Origin: a virus
Lineage: Duplodnaviria; Caudoviricetes
Virus record (IMG/VR): IMGVR_UViG_3300009678_000063
Location: 1 to 63,299 of that record
Strand: one strand, 5' to 3'
DNA: 63,299 nucleotides
The notes beneath the pieces are model-generated. The model saw nothing but the letters and a program-made list of their open reading frames with translations, was not told the DNA's origin and searched no databases. This document shows positions 8,378 to 17,424 of this stretch, one piece after another. Position numbers and translations under genes: made by a program. Every line of letters begins with the position of its first letter. Position 1 is the stretch's first letter.

Positions 8378-9204
8378 GTCACCTGTACCGCGTTACCACC
8401 CCGGGCGACCCGGTGTACGTGCACGCCGCCACGACCGACGAGGCCCTCGACCTCGTGCCGACTGGCACGCTGGCCGTGGACTCCCTGCCGTGGCTGGCCG
8501 ACTGCCTCGTGTGCGGGACCGACGACCTCGAACCTGAGGACGGGGCACCGCTGACCCCGGCCGACCGGGAGCAGCACCCCGGCGGCAGCCCGCACCCGCG
8601 GACCGCTGAGGTCCGGGCGTGGACCCTCAGTTACAACGGCCGCAACGCGTTCGTGCTCAACGTGCAGCATGGGCTCGTCCACGGTCGGGGCAAGGTCAAG
8701 AACCCCCGACTGAGTTACAAGCAGGTCGAGGCCCTCGCCGTGGTCAAGGACCGCGAGGCAGCGTGGGCCGACGAGAAGGTCAAGGCCCGGATGGGCACCG
8801 GCATTGACCTGTACTCCGCCCTGCCCGACGGCACCACCCGGGCCGCGGCGCTCAACGAGGACGGCGGGCTCTCGTTCGTCCGCCTCGACAAGGTTACAAC
8901 GGGACGGTGGGCCGGGTGGGTGTTCGTCCGGGCCATCCTTGGCGCCGACGAGGACCGCCGACTCGGTGCGCACCGACCGGGCGAGGCCGACTACGCCGGG
9001 GCGTGGCCGACCGTCATTCGCAACGTGCTCGCCGACGTGCCCGCTGCCGTGGCGCGCTACGGCCTCGAACTCGGGGTCTGCGGGGTCTGTAACCGGGCAC
9101 TGACCAACGAGGAATCCCGGCAGCAGGGCATCGGGCCGGTCTGCCGTGCTCGACTTGACAAGGGTGAGACACTCTATCCAGACACCAACGAAGTAGGAGA
9201 CTGA
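8374..9204 (+). CDS. DUF6011-like zinc-finger domain protein
   Basis: C-terminal CGVCNRALTNEESRQQGIGPVC. Confidence 0.7.
   Translation: MSHLYRVTTPGDPVYVHAATTDEALDLVPTGTLAVDSLPWLADCLVCGTDDLEPEDGAPLTPADREQHPGGSPHPRTAEVRAWTLSYNGRNAFVLNVQHGLVHGRGKVKNPRLSYKQVEALAVVKDREAAWADEKVKARMGTGIDLYSALPDGTTRAAALNEDGGLSFVRLDKVTTGRWAGWVFVRAILGADEDRRLGAHRPGEADYAGAWPTVIRNVLADVPAAVARYGLELGVCGVCNRALTNEESRQQGIGPVCRARLDKGETLYPDTNEVGD
9155..9173 (+). promoter_or_regulatory. Short-spacer promoter-like element
   Basis: TTGACA-agggtga-GACACT upstream of RBS/ATG 9211. Confidence 0.6.
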
Positions 9205-9210
9205 CCAGAC

Positions 9211-9441
9211 ATGATGGGATACACCGCCCCCTCGAAGAAGGCCATCAAGGACGCCCTCAAGGGCATCGGCGACACCGGCCTGCTCAACTACTGGGCCCAC
9301 GTGCAGGAGACCTCGTTCTTCGGCCCGGAGTCCAGCGTTCCGGGCGAGAACACGGTGGTCGGCCCGGACGCGTACACCAAGCGCGTCTGGTACGGCACCC
9401 TGACCGTGGACGCGGCCGGGATTGTGACGGGCATCCGATGA
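9211..9441 (+). CDS. Conserved small phage protein
   Basis: AGGAG RBS; ETSFFGPE...VVGPDAY.KRVWY. Confidence 0.65.
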   Translation: MMGYTAPSKKAIKDALKGIGDTGLLNYWAHVQETSFFGPESSVPGENTVVGPDAYTKRVWYGTLTVDAAGIVTGIR

Positions 9442-9761
9442 TGCAGCCCGACGTCTTCCTTGGACGCCGACAGCGCACCGCCGCGGGCAACACCCGGTTC
9501 CGCGTGTTCTTCAACCGGACCCTGCCGGACGGTACCCTCGTGCACGGGCACGGCACCTTCATCGCCCGCCGCAACGAGGCCGGGTTCCGCGGCCGCCAGT
9601 GGGAAGTCGTGGGGGCCACCGATGACATCGCCCCCCGGTCACTGGGGTTCCACCGGGACGACCTGAGCACCCGGACTGAGGCGATTGAACTCGCCGTCGG
9701 TTTCATCAAGGAGCAGTTGCAAATCCGGACCCTCATCGAGCAAATGGAGGCCTCCAAGTGA
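9438..9761 (+). CDS. Hypothetical protein
   Basis: Coupled 107-aa ORF. Confidence 0.6.
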   Translation: MMQPDVFLGRRQRTAAGNTRFRVFFNRTLPDGTLVHGHGTFIARRNEAGFRGRQWEVVGATDDIAPRSLGFHRDDLSTRTEAIELAVGFIKEQLQIRTLIEQMEASK

Positions 9762-10676
9762 GTTCAAACAAGGTCTACGCCATCATCACTGAGCGCATCG
9801 TGGCCATGCTCGACGCGGGCACCGTGCCGTGGCGCAAGGGGTGGGCCGGTGGCGACCGCTTCCCGGTCAGCATCCACGGCCGCACCTACCGGGGCATCAA
9901 CATTGTGGTTGCTGGCCGCGGTGGCCGCATCCACGGGCTACCGGTCCCACGTCTGGCTCACCTACAAGCAGGCCGTGGCCCTAGGTGGGGTGGTCCGCAA
10001 GGGTGAGAAGGGCACGCCGGTCGTGTTCTGGAAGCAACTACAGGTCGAGGACCGGGACGAGGCGGGCCAGAAGAAGACCATCCCGTTCCTGCGGTACTTC
10101 ACCGTCTTCAACACGGAGCAGACTGAGGGCTGCACCTTCGACGCGGCGACCATCAAGCGCCTCGCCCCGCCGGACGTGCCGACCGGGTTCGACCCGGTAG
10201 TCGAGGCGGAGACCGTCTTCGAGGGCATGCCGTCCCGCCCGTCCGTCACCTTCGACGGTGGCAACCGGGCGTTCTACCGGCCGGACAGCGACACCGTGCA
10301 CCTGCCGCCCCGTGAGACCTTCCACGATGCGGCTGGATTCTACGAGACCCTGTTCCACGAACTCGGCCACGCCACCGGGCACGCGTCCCGGGTGGGGCGC
10401 AAGGTCGAGGGCAACCCCTTCGGCAGCCACGACTACGGCCGTGAGGAACTCGTGGCCGAAATGACCTCAGCGTTCGTGCTCGCCACTGTCGGGCTAGAGC
10501 AGGAGACCCTCGTCAACGCGGCCGCCTACATCGCCTCGTGGAAGCGGGCCATTGCGGCCGACGAGTCCATGGTGGTGTGGGCTGCCAGCCAAGCGCAGAA
10601 GGCGGCCGACTTCATCCTTGGAGTGGCGCTTGACACCCGTGAGACACTGGTAGCAGACCAGAAGGAGACCAGATGA
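9758..10676 (+). pseudogene. ardC: ArdC-family antirestriction/ssDNA-binding protein, frameshifted near 9900
   Basis: VY..IT.RIV..L..GTVPWRKGW...YRGIN in one frame; WLTYKQA..LGG.VRKGEKG, VFN.EQ, HELGHATGH, EELVAE in the next frame. Confidence 0.85.
10630..10648 (+). promoter_or_regulatory. Short-spacer promoter-like element
   Basis: TTGACA-cccgtga-GACACT followed by AGACCAGAAGGAGA leader. Confidence 0.6.
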
Positions 10677-11266
10677 TTCCGATTCAGCCACCGTTCAATC
10701 CGGCACCCGGCCGCGAGGACTTCGCACGCATCAGCCACATCGTCAACCCGGCCATCGAGTACGACATCCTCGGGGTCTACGCCGGACCCGGCGGCATGTT
10801 CCTCGTGGCTGAGGGTAACGGCGACTACGTGACTGGTCAGCCAGTGGGCGTGACCGGACGGGGAACCGTGCTCGCCTCGGTCAACGCCTACGAGACCCTC
10901 AACGAGGCCATCGGCTACGCCATGAAGGCCAGCGGGTCCGGCTGTGACTGCGGCAAGGGCGCCCTCTGCCCCGAAGTCAGCCTCGCGTCACCCGTCATCG
11001 GGGTGAGCACCGAGTTCACCCTTCTCGGCACCGACCCGGCGCCGGTAGCGGGGGGCGACGAACTCCGGACCCTCAGCCTCCGCCAATCGGAAATCGAGAC
11101 CATCAAGCAGGCCCTCGACTACGCCCGTGAGGACTTGGAGTCACGGGCCCGGTACGAGGACCGCCTGTCCCGCTCATGGTCTGAGGGGCCGGAACTCCGG
11201 GCCTCGGCAGACCGTTACGCCAAGGTATTGGCCCTGTTCACCGGGCCGGAAGGATACGACCAGTGA
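10673..11266 (+). CDS. Hypothetical protein
   Basis: AAGGAG RBS. Confidence 0.6.
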   Translation: MIPIQPPFNPAPGREDFARISHIVNPAIEYDILGVYAGPGGMFLVAEGNGDYVTGQPVGVTGRGTVLASVNAYETLNEAIGYAMKASGSGCDCGKGALCPEVSLASPVIGVSTEFTLLGTDPAPVAGGDELRTLSLRQSEIETIKQALDYAREDLESRARYEDRLSRSWSEGPELRASADRYAKVLALFTGPEGYDQ

Positions 11267-11670
11267 GCCAGCCCTTCGCCGTCGTCGAGACCAGCACCGG
11301 CCGCCACCTAGACGGCCTGCCGACCCCCTTGCTCATCCAGACCGGCAGCGGCGAGGCGTGGCAGGAGGACCGGGGCATCTGGCGGCTGCGTGATGACCGT
11401 CACGACCCGCGAGGCACGGAGTACACCCGGGTCCGGGTGGTGCGCCAGTACGAGTACATCGTTGACCTCACCGTTGAGGTCGTGGACCCGAGCGGCGACG
11501 CGCTCGACGAGTACTCCTCCGAGCCGGACCACCGGTCCATCCATGTCGAGGCGACCTCGCCCCGTGAGGCCGACGACCTCGCCCGGGGCCGGGCTGCCGA
11601 CGAGGCCCGGGAGTGGGCCGGGGATGTCCCGCTCATCATTACCATCATCCGAGTTGAGGAGCAGTCATGA
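11263..11670 (+). CDS. Hypothetical protein
   Basis: GTGA coupling. Confidence 0.6.
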   Translation: MSQPFAVVETSTGRHLDGLPTPLLIQTGSGEAWQEDRGIWRLRDDRHDPRGTEYTRVRVVRQYEYIVDLTVEVVDPSGDALDEYSSEPDHRSIHVEATSPREADDLARGRAADEAREWAGDVPLIITIIRVEEQS

Positions 11671-11900
11671 AGGTTTATCTCGTCAGCGTCCATTCAACCG
11701 GCTACTACTCCGACTACTACGACGATGTGCTCGTCGTGGCCGAGACCGCCATCCAAGCGCAAGGTCTGGCCGAGAGGGACATGGCCGACGACTTCCACCT
11801 GCGCTCCATCACCGGGTCAGCCGCGTTCGAACTGAGCCTCGGCAATGCCCGGGCAGTGGGCCGACTCGTGAACCCCGACGAGGAGTACAGCCGAGACTGA
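11667..11900 (+). CDS. Hypothetical protein
   Basis: GAGGAG RBS. Confidence 0.6.
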   Translation: MKVYLVSVHSTGYYSDYYDDVLVVAETAIQAQGLAERDMADDFHLRSITGSAAFELSLGNARAVGRLVNPDEEYSRD

Positions 11901-11907
11901 GCACGAC

Positions 11908-11926
11908 TTGACAAGCATGAGACAAT
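11908..11926 (+). promoter_or_regulatory. Short-spacer promoter-like element
   Basis: TTGACA-agcatga-GACAAT followed by CTAGACCAGAAGGAGA. Confidence 0.6.
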
Positions 11927-11952
11927 GGTTCCCTAGACCAGAAGGAGACACC

Positions 11953-12222
11953 GTGAAGACCAGACAGTACTTCCACTGGGTCCGCATCAAGACCGGCAAC
12001 CCGTTCAGCAGCGACATGGGTGGCTTCCTCGACATGCTGCGCTACGACTACGGGCAGGTCGTCGAGTGGACCCGGACCAATGACGGGACGTTCGACATTC
12101 AACTGATGGTCACCGACCGGTTCCCCACCCGGGACCGCTGGTCGTCCTTCGGAATCCAGACCACCCCGGTCTCCGACTTCCGGACGCGCTCCTTCGAGGA
12201 CGCGCAGGTGGGACTCCGATGA
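11953..12222 (+). CDS. Hypothetical protein
   Basis: AAGGAG RBS + GTG; DMLRYD motif. Confidence 0.6.
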   Translation: MKTRQYFHWVRIKTGNPFSSDMGGFLDMLRYDYGQVVEWTRTNDGTFDIQLMVTDRFPTRDRWSSFGIQTTPVSDFRTRSFEDAQVGLR

Positions 12223-12419
12223 CGGTTCGCGAACTGGCGGACATGCTCCTCGCCTACCGGGGTGACATCGAGGTCGTGCTGACCTGCGAGCGCGACGCGT
12301 ACACCTTCCACCCGCTGCTCTTCACGCCCTCACTGGGGCGTGGTGAGCGGGACGGCAGGCTCGTGCTTCGACTCAACCCCGGTACCGACTACGAGACCAT
12401 CCAGACGGAGAACGACTGA
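12219..12419 (+). CDS. Hypothetical protein
   Basis: MTVREL... coupled ORF. Confidence 0.55.
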   Translation: MTVRELADMLLAYRGDIEVVLTCERDAYTFHPLLFTPSLGRGERDGRLVLRLNPGTDYETIQTEND

Positions 12420-12715
12420 TGCCTGCTAACCCCCTCGCCAACTTCCGACAGACCGTCACCATCGAACTGGCCGTGGACGTGACCGGCCGCCGCAACGACT
12501 TCGACATGCCGACCCGTGACCTGCGCTTCGCCATCGAGGAATGGGTCAAGGACTCCCTGCCCTACTTTCTGACCGGCGCACGGGTGACCGCTAATCGCGG
12601 GCCGTCCGGCGCCCGGTGGGACGAGGGCGACCAGCGCCCGAGCCCGCTGGCCGGGGGACTGACGAGTCACGTCAAGACGGTCATGGCCTTCCTGCCGGAA
12701 GAGGACGCGTCGTGA
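12419..12715 (+). CDS. Hypothetical protein
   Basis: TGATG coupling. Confidence 0.55.
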   Translation: MPANPLANFRQTVTIELAVDVTGRRNDFDMPTRDLRFAIEEWVKDSLPYFLTGARVTANRGPSGARWDEGDQRPSPLAGGLTSHVKTVMAFLPEEDAS

Positions 12716-12861
12716 AGGCCACCCTGTACGCTGCCGTCCTGTTCACCGGCATTGCGCTCGGCCACCTGCTGTTCGCCCCACCGCACTGCCCTCAGGAAGA
12801 CTCCTGCTACCCCGACTACCAGAACGGGGCGTGGACCATCATTCAGGGAGAACGACCATGA
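12712..12861 (+). CDS. Small membrane protein
   Basis: Hydrophobic N-terminus, CPQEDSC motif. Confidence 0.5.
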   Translation: MKATLYAAVLFTGIALGHLLFAPPHCPQEDSCYPDYQNGAWTIIQGERP

Positions 12862-13190
12862 AGACCGACTTCGGTTCCGCACTCGACGCCGTCATCCGCG
12901 ACGGGCTCGACGAGGCCTCGCGTCTCGGCTACGACCGAGCCCTCGCCCGGGTACGCTCGGCCCTGCACGGGCGACACGATGCCGCCCTGCTCTACGGTAG
13001 CCCGGCTCGGGCGGGAGCCTTCGCCACGGTTCTCGGAGACATCGAGATGATTGCGTCCCTGTCCCTGCGCTCCAACGTGCAGCAGCAGTGCTGCCTCAAC
13101 GCCGAGAGTGCAGGCCACACCGAGGACTGCCCGCTGTTCACCGGGTCGGTGCGCCCCGGTCACCGGGCAGACCGAGAGGGGCTCGACTGA
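12858..13190 (+). CDS. Hypothetical protein
   Basis: GGAG RBS, ATGA coupling. Confidence 0.55.
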   Translation: MKTDFGSALDAVIRDGLDEASRLGYDRALARVRSALHGRHDAALLYGSPARAGAFATVLGDIEMIASLSLRSNVQQQCCLNAESAGHTEDCPLFTGSVRPGHRADREGLD

Positions 13191-13194
13191 CCGC

Positions 13195-13213
13195 TTGACA
13201 CGGCTGGTACACT
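13195..13213 (+). promoter_or_regulatory. Short-spacer promoter-like element
   Basis: TTGACA-cggctgg-TACACT followed by CTAGACCAGAAGGAGA. Confidence 0.65.
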
Positions 13214-13241
13214 GATTACCTAGACCAGAAGGAGAGACCAG

Positions 13242-13529
13242 ATGGGTTCAATGCAAGCAATGGCCATGGCCGACGAGGTCGAGGCCGGGGGCACCAGCCT
13301 CCGGGCCGCCCTGACGTGGCACCTTCGCAGCAACCACTACCCGCCTCACCCCCTGTTCATGGTGGGCGTGGCACTGCGGGCCGTCCGCAAGGTCGAGGCC
13401 GGGGAGATTGACGCCCGGGTCCGCCTGCCCAAGGGCGCGAGTCACCGCCGGTTCGGCAGCCTCGTGCCAGCGTGGGCCATCGTGGACGACCTGCACCTTG
13501 ACGCGTTCATCAGCGAGGGGGCAGAGTGA
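13242..13529 (+). CDS. Conserved phage hypothetical protein
   Basis: WHLRSNHYPP...HLDAF. Confidence 0.65.
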   Translation: MGSMQAMAMADEVEAGGTSLRAALTWHLRSNHYPPHPLFMVGVALRAVRKVEAGEIDARVRLPKGASHRRFGSLVPAWAIVDDLHLDAFISEGAE

Positions 13530-13867
13530 GCGAGCACGTCAAGGTCATCGAGACCGCACGACACCGCAACGGCAGCGGGGGCGCCCCGTTCTACGTGTCC
13601 CTCGTCCAGTGGGGTGCCGAAGAGGTCGGCGACGACCTGTTCGTGGCCATCAGTTTCCCTCCGGATGACCCGTACGGGACGCCGGACGAGCAGCGTGAGT
13701 ACCTGCGTGAGCACACGGCCGTCCTCAATGTCCGCCTGCTTGGCGAGCGGAACATCGGGTTCGCCATGGGCAACTCGTGGCGAGGGGCCGACCACGTGGG
13801 GCCATCCGTTGTCGAGACAATCGCCGCGGCCCACGAGTACGAGTTCAATCAGGAGGACCCGGAATGA
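13526..13867 (+). CDS. Conserved phage hypothetical protein
   Basis: HRNG..G.PFYV...NSWRGAD. Confidence 0.65.
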   Translation: MSEHVKVIETARHRNGSGGAPFYVSLVQWGAEEVGDDLFVAISFPPDDPYGTPDEQREYLREHTAVLNVRLLGERNIGFAMGNSWRGADHVGPSVVETIAAAHEYEFNQEDPE

Positions 13868-14040
13868 CTGTCAAGGAACTACTTGCCCTGCTCGACGCGT
13901 CCATCAAACTCGGGCACCTGTCCCTCGGGGCCGACGTCCTCGTGTCGGACAACCACGGTGCGGCCGGGGTTGAGTGGGCCTCGCCGACCAGCCCATTCAC
14001 CTTCACCATCGTCCGGGTCACCCCGGGAAAGGAGTCCTAG
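13864..14040 (+). CDS. Hypothetical protein
   Basis: AGGAGG RBS; MTVKEL. Confidence 0.55.
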   Translation: MTVKELLALLDASIKLGHLSLGADVLVSDNHGAAGVEWASPTSPFTFTIVRVTPGKES

Positions 14041-14041
14041 A

Positions 14042-14272
14042 TTGTTCACCAACAAGGACAGCATCGCCACGGCCCTGTCACGGCTGGCCGATGCCGCAGT
14101 GGCAGCGCAACGGGCCCTTGCCGCCGACCAGTACCTCGACAGTGGCGTTCGGTACGTCACGTCCAGTGACGGCACCACGGTCTACCGCATTCAGCGCCAG
14201 TGGACCTGCGCCTGCCCCGGCTGGAAGTTCCGCGGGGAATGCCGCCACCTGCGGGAGGCGGGCGTCTCGTGA
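14042..14272 (+). CDS. SWIM zinc-finger protein
   Basis: CACPGWKFRGECRH. Confidence 0.7.
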   Translation: MFTNKDSIATALSRLADAAVAAQRALAADQYLDSGVRYVTSSDGTTVYRIQRQWTCACPGWKFRGECRHLREAGVS

Positions 14273-14475
14273 GACTAGGTAACTTCATCGAGCGCTTGGG
14301 TCGCATGAAGACCCTAACCGAGCACAACCCCGACGTACCCATCGTGGTTGAAACGTGGGTTGAGGGAGTTGGGTTTGTCAGTACGCCCGTCGAGGGTGTA
14401 TACTTCCAAGTGCAGCCCCGACGCATCATCATCGAGACTGGAACAACGATTAGGGAGGACGCCCCCCGTGATTGA
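14269..14475 (+). CDS. Hypothetical protein
   Basis: GTGA coupling. Confidence 0.5.
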   Translation: MRLGNFIERLGRMKTLTEHNPDVPIVVETWVEGVGFVSTPVEGVYFQVQPRRIIIETGTTIREDAPRD

Positions 14476-14638
14476 ACTCAATACCCTCATGCCGGGTCAT
14501 GAGTCCCACCTAAAGGTGGAGGACTACGACTTCGCCGATGGGTCCGTCGTCGTGACCTGCTCGTGCGGCGAGACGTTCGAGTTCGAGAACATTGACCCCG
14601 AGCCCGATGACGATGGCGACGGGGCGGGCGAGTGGTAG
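14468..14638 (+). CDS. Small acidic protein
   Basis: GGAGG RBS; H...CSCG. Confidence 0.5.
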   Translation: MIELNTLMPGHESHLKVEDYDFADGSVVVTCSCGETFEFENIDPEPDDDGDGAGEW

Positions 14639-15090
14639 CCCTCTCGCTGGACATCATCCGGTACATGGCCGACGAGGTCGAGCGCCAAGGGCGTGGGCCC
14701 GTGCAGGTCGCGTGGATGGCCGACGCATGGTCGCAGGCTATCGAGTGGCGCGACGCACACTCTCCGACGTGGCAGACCGACGGTCCGACACTAGAGCAGG
14801 TCGAGCGCCTCGGTGCGCTGGTCGAGCGGGACAAGAACCGGAACGGGTTCCGGGCCGTCCCTGTCTTCGTCGGCGGCAGCATGAAGATGCCTGCGCAGAA
14901 CGTCGAGCGCGCGCTGACCATGCTGCTCGACAACTGGGAGAACCTGACCCCCGACTCTCGGTATTACGAGTTCGAGACCATCCACCCATTCGCTGACGGT
15001 AACGGCAGGGTGGGGAAGATTCTCTACAACTGGCACCGTCTTGAGAGGCCTGAGATGCCGCCTAACTTTTGGGGTGGGAGCAACCCCTGA
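14632..15090 (+). CDS. Fic/Doc-family protein
   Basis: FETIHPFADGNGRVGK. Confidence 0.85.
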   Translation: MVALSLDIIRYMADEVERQGRGPVQVAWMADAWSQAIEWRDAHSPTWQTDGPTLEQVERLGALVERDKNRNGFRAVPVFVGGSMKMPAQNVERALTMLLDNWENLTPDSRYYEFETIHPFADGNGRVGKILYNWHRLERPEMPPNFWGGSNP

Positions 15091-15097
15091 GCACGAC

Positions 15098-15116
15098 TTG
15101 ACAGGGGTGGTACACT
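15098..15116 (+). promoter_or_regulatory. Short-spacer promoter-like element
   Basis: TTGACA-ggggtgg-TACACT. Confidence 0.65.
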
Positions 15117-15306
15117 GGTTAGGTACCAATGATCCCCGTACGGGCGGTGTGGAACGCCTCGCGGTCCCGGCACCGGACCTCTGGCCCTGAGGCCAAGTCA
15201 CCCTCTAGCGCGGAGGACAGGGAGCGTTTATAGACGGCTGATAGCGTCACGAGGAGGCGACCAGCGCCGGATAACCGTCACCGGCAACTAGATAGAAGGA
15301 GGACTC

Positions 15307-15507
15307 GTGACCAGCGAGACTACCGTCGTGAAGGAACGCAAGTGGTCGGTCAAGTTGACCCACCCGTCGTACCGGCTCAGTGCCGACCTCTGTCCCAACT
15401 GTCAGTACCCCGAAGCGGATGGCGGACGGTGCCCCGAGTGTGGGTGGCTGGCCCCGGACCCCCGGTGCCAGTGCAAGGACCACAAGCGACAGCGAGGAGA
15501 GTTGTAG
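15307..15507 (+). CDS. Small zinc-ribbon protein
   Basis: AAGGAGG RBS; CPNC...CPECG. Confidence 0.6.
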   Translation: MTSETTVVKERKWSVKLTHPSYRLSADLCPNCQYPEADGGRCPECGWLAPDPRCQCKDHKRQRGEL

Positions 15508-15699
15508 TTCGGGAGTACATGACACGATAGGCCCTGAGGCCCGCTGAGACGGCCATCTTGGCCGACTAACACCGGTCCGGGTGTCCCGACATGGGGACAG
15601 TCCGGGCCACGATCAGCAGGACCGTTTGAGGACTGCGATGGGCCCTGTGGGGCCACGAGAAGGCCAATAAGGTGCCTCTGAGCACGAAGAAAGGAACAC

Positions 15700-15909
15700 A
15701 TGTTGGGAGTAAAGGTCAGGGCCAAACGATTCAACTACGACGGCGTGCGCCTCGCTAGCCGTGAGGGCCGTGCGTGGAACGTCTTCGTTGAGCCGAAGAG
15801 GGGCATCACCGTGAACTTTGAGTCCCCGGATTCGGATTCCTTCGAGGAAATCCGCATCACTGAGGCCAAGTTGGCCGAGTTGGGGTTCGTCCCTGTCGTC
15901 ACTGACTAG
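15700..15909 (+). CDS. Hypothetical protein
   Basis: AAAGGA RBS. Confidence 0.6.
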   Translation: MLGVKVRAKRFNYDGVRLASREGRAWNVFVEPKRGITVNFESPDSDSFEEIRITEAKLAELGFVPVVTD

Positions 15910-15920
15910 GGGAGTAGAGC

Positions 15921-16097
15921 ATGGCAAGGATAGAGGACCTGACAGTTCACATCGGAGTGCACTGGTGCGCCCTAACGCCCGCCGCCTGTCTCGCCATTGG
16001 CATGCGCCAAGAACGCCGAGCCTCCCGGGCCATGCGCCTCAAGTTCCTTCGGGAGGACGCTCGGGAACTCGGGTTCCGCCTCTTGAAGAAGGAGTAA
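15921..16097 (+). CDS. Small basic hypothetical protein
   Basis: GGAG RBS + ATG, 58 aa. Confidence 0.5.
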   Translation: MARIEDLTVHIGVHWCALTPAACLAIGMRQERRASRAMRLKFLREDARELGFRLLKKE

Positions 16098-16098
16098 C

Positions 16099-16117
16099 TT
16101 GACATCGGTGGTACACT
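16099..16117 (+). promoter_or_regulatory. Short-spacer promoter-like element
   Basis: TTGACA-tcggtgg-TACACT. Confidence 0.65.
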
Positions 16118-16146
16118 GGTACCACTAGCATCGGAGGACAGGGGAC

Positions 16147-16317
16147 ATGCCTGCGAACTGGCAGGACAGGGATAGGAAACTGGGCAAGCGCCTAGGGAAA
16201 GGGATGGTGGTTGTTGGACGCTCAATCAAGACGACCCTCGCCCCTGCGGCGAGTAGCGACGAGCCTCGGCCTCGCCCTAAGAAGCGTCGGCCGCTCGCTC
16301 GGTCAACTGGGCGATGA
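16147..16317 (+). CDS. Small basic protein (56 aa)
   Basis: GGAGG/GGGG RBS downstream of the promoter-like element. Confidence 0.45.
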   Translation: MPANWQDRDRKLGKRLGKGMVVVGRSIKTTLAPAASSDEPRPRPKKRRPLARSTGR

Positions 16318-16327
16318 TGCGGTCAAG

Positions 16328-16540
16328 ATGTCGGGCCTGCCGGGCCCACAAGGGCTGCCGCCCTGCCTGTTCTGCGGTGAGTGGGACCAGTTCCTCATCT
16401 CGCCGGCACGGTACGGCGTCAACTGGTTCTACTCCGTGGACTTCTTGACACATCAGGTACGCTGTATGAACTGCGGCGTGAAACTGACGGCCTACCGCCG
16501 GGCCAACAAGAACAACTGGACATGGTTCGAGGACGTATGA
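16328..16540 (+). CDS. Small zinc-finger protein
   Basis: CLFCG...CMNCG. Confidence 0.5.
   Translation: MSGLPGPQGLPPCLFCGEWDQFLISPARYGVNWFYSVDFLTHQVRCMNCGVKLTAYRRANKNNWTWFEDV
16445..16463 (+). promoter_or_regulatory. Short-spacer promoter-like element upstream of the recombinase
   Basis: TTGACA-catcagg-TACGCT. Confidence 0.45.
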
Positions 16541-17424
16541 CCAACCTATTCGAGCACGAGGCCGACGCCTTCTGTCGCTCTCAGCACAGCCCAAGGACTC
16601 AGGCCGAGTACCGTAAGGACCTCGACCGGTGGTTCACCAGCGGCTTCGACCTAACCGTGGACGGCGCCTCACGGTACCGTGAGCAACTGACCACGACTTA
16701 CAAGGCTAGCAGTGCGGGCCGTTTCTGGTCCACGGCCCGCACTTTCTACCGGTGGCTCGTCCAGCGGGGCCTGATGGTGTCGTCCCCATTCGACCTCGTC
16801 AAGGCCCCGCGACGGGTCACCAATCCTGTTCCCCGTGTCCCTAGTAGGGACGATGTCCGGGCCCTTGTAGCGGCCACGAAGACCCCACGTGAGCGTGTCG
16901 TGGTCGCCCTGCTCTGCAATGGCCTCCGCGCCAGCGAGGTCACGAACCTCGGGTGGGAGGACCTACACCCCGTCGAGGGGCGAGGGTACTACTTCATCGT
17001 TCGGGGGAAGGGTGAGAAGGAGCGCATCGTCCCGCTGCTCCGTGAAACCATTGAGGCCGTGCAGGCCCTTGGTCCGGAAGATTCAGGACCCATCACCCTC
17101 AACGTGGACGGTACCCGCCTGACCTACAACGCCGTCAATGGCATGGTAGACGAGTGCGCTCGACGGGCGAAGGTGGACATCCACCCTCACGCCCTCCGGC
17201 ACTACTACGCCACCGCACTGGTTCGCTCGGGCGCCAACCTGTTGTCGGTTCAGAAGTTGCTCGGTCACTCATCGGTGGCCACCACTCAAATCTATGTAAC
17301 CCTCGTCGTCGAGGACCTCTTCGACGCTACCGGTATGCACCCGGACCAGACAACGGGCCTGAGCCTGATTGAGAACAAGGAGGAATATGCCGCAAGTCGG
17401 TTGGCTGACATCGTCGCGCTCTAA
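16537..17424 (+). CDS. XerC/D-like tyrosine recombinase
   Basis: GLRASE, GKG.KER, HALRH, LLGHSS, TQIY catalytic residues. Confidence 0.92.
   Translation: MTNLFEHEADAFCRSQHSPRTQAEYRKDLDRWFTSGFDLTVDGASRYREQLTTTYKASSAGRFWSTARTFYRWLVQRGLMVSSPFDLVKAPRRVTNPVPRVPSRDDVRALVAATKTPRERVVVALLCNGLRASEVTNLGWEDLHPVEGRGYYFIVRGKGEKERIVPLLRETIEAVQALGPEDSGPITLNVDGTRLTYNAVNGMVDECARRAKVDIHPHALRHYYATALVRSGANLLSVQKLLGHSSVATTQIYVTLVVEDLFDATGMHPDQTTGLSLIENKEEYAASRLADIVAL

Larger units (their letters stand above)
5435..8899. repeat. Dispersed GTTACAA/TTGTAAC heptamer cluster (22 copies)
   Basis: Copies at 5435, 5450, 5500, 5536, 5591, 6081, 6092, 6180, 6378, 6413, 6802, 6938, 7025, 7376, 7532, 7729, 7746, 8106, 8169, 8630, 8714, 8893. 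Confidence 0.85.

Noticed and set aside
8170-9300. Long antisense ORFs (e.g. 376 aa at 8170..9300, 212 aa at 1005..1643)
   Set aside because: Shadow ORFs of GC-rich genes that have RBS and coupling on the other strand
15230-15270. Hammerhead ribozyme at CTGATAG
   Set aside because: No CUGAUGA/GAAA core with supporting stems
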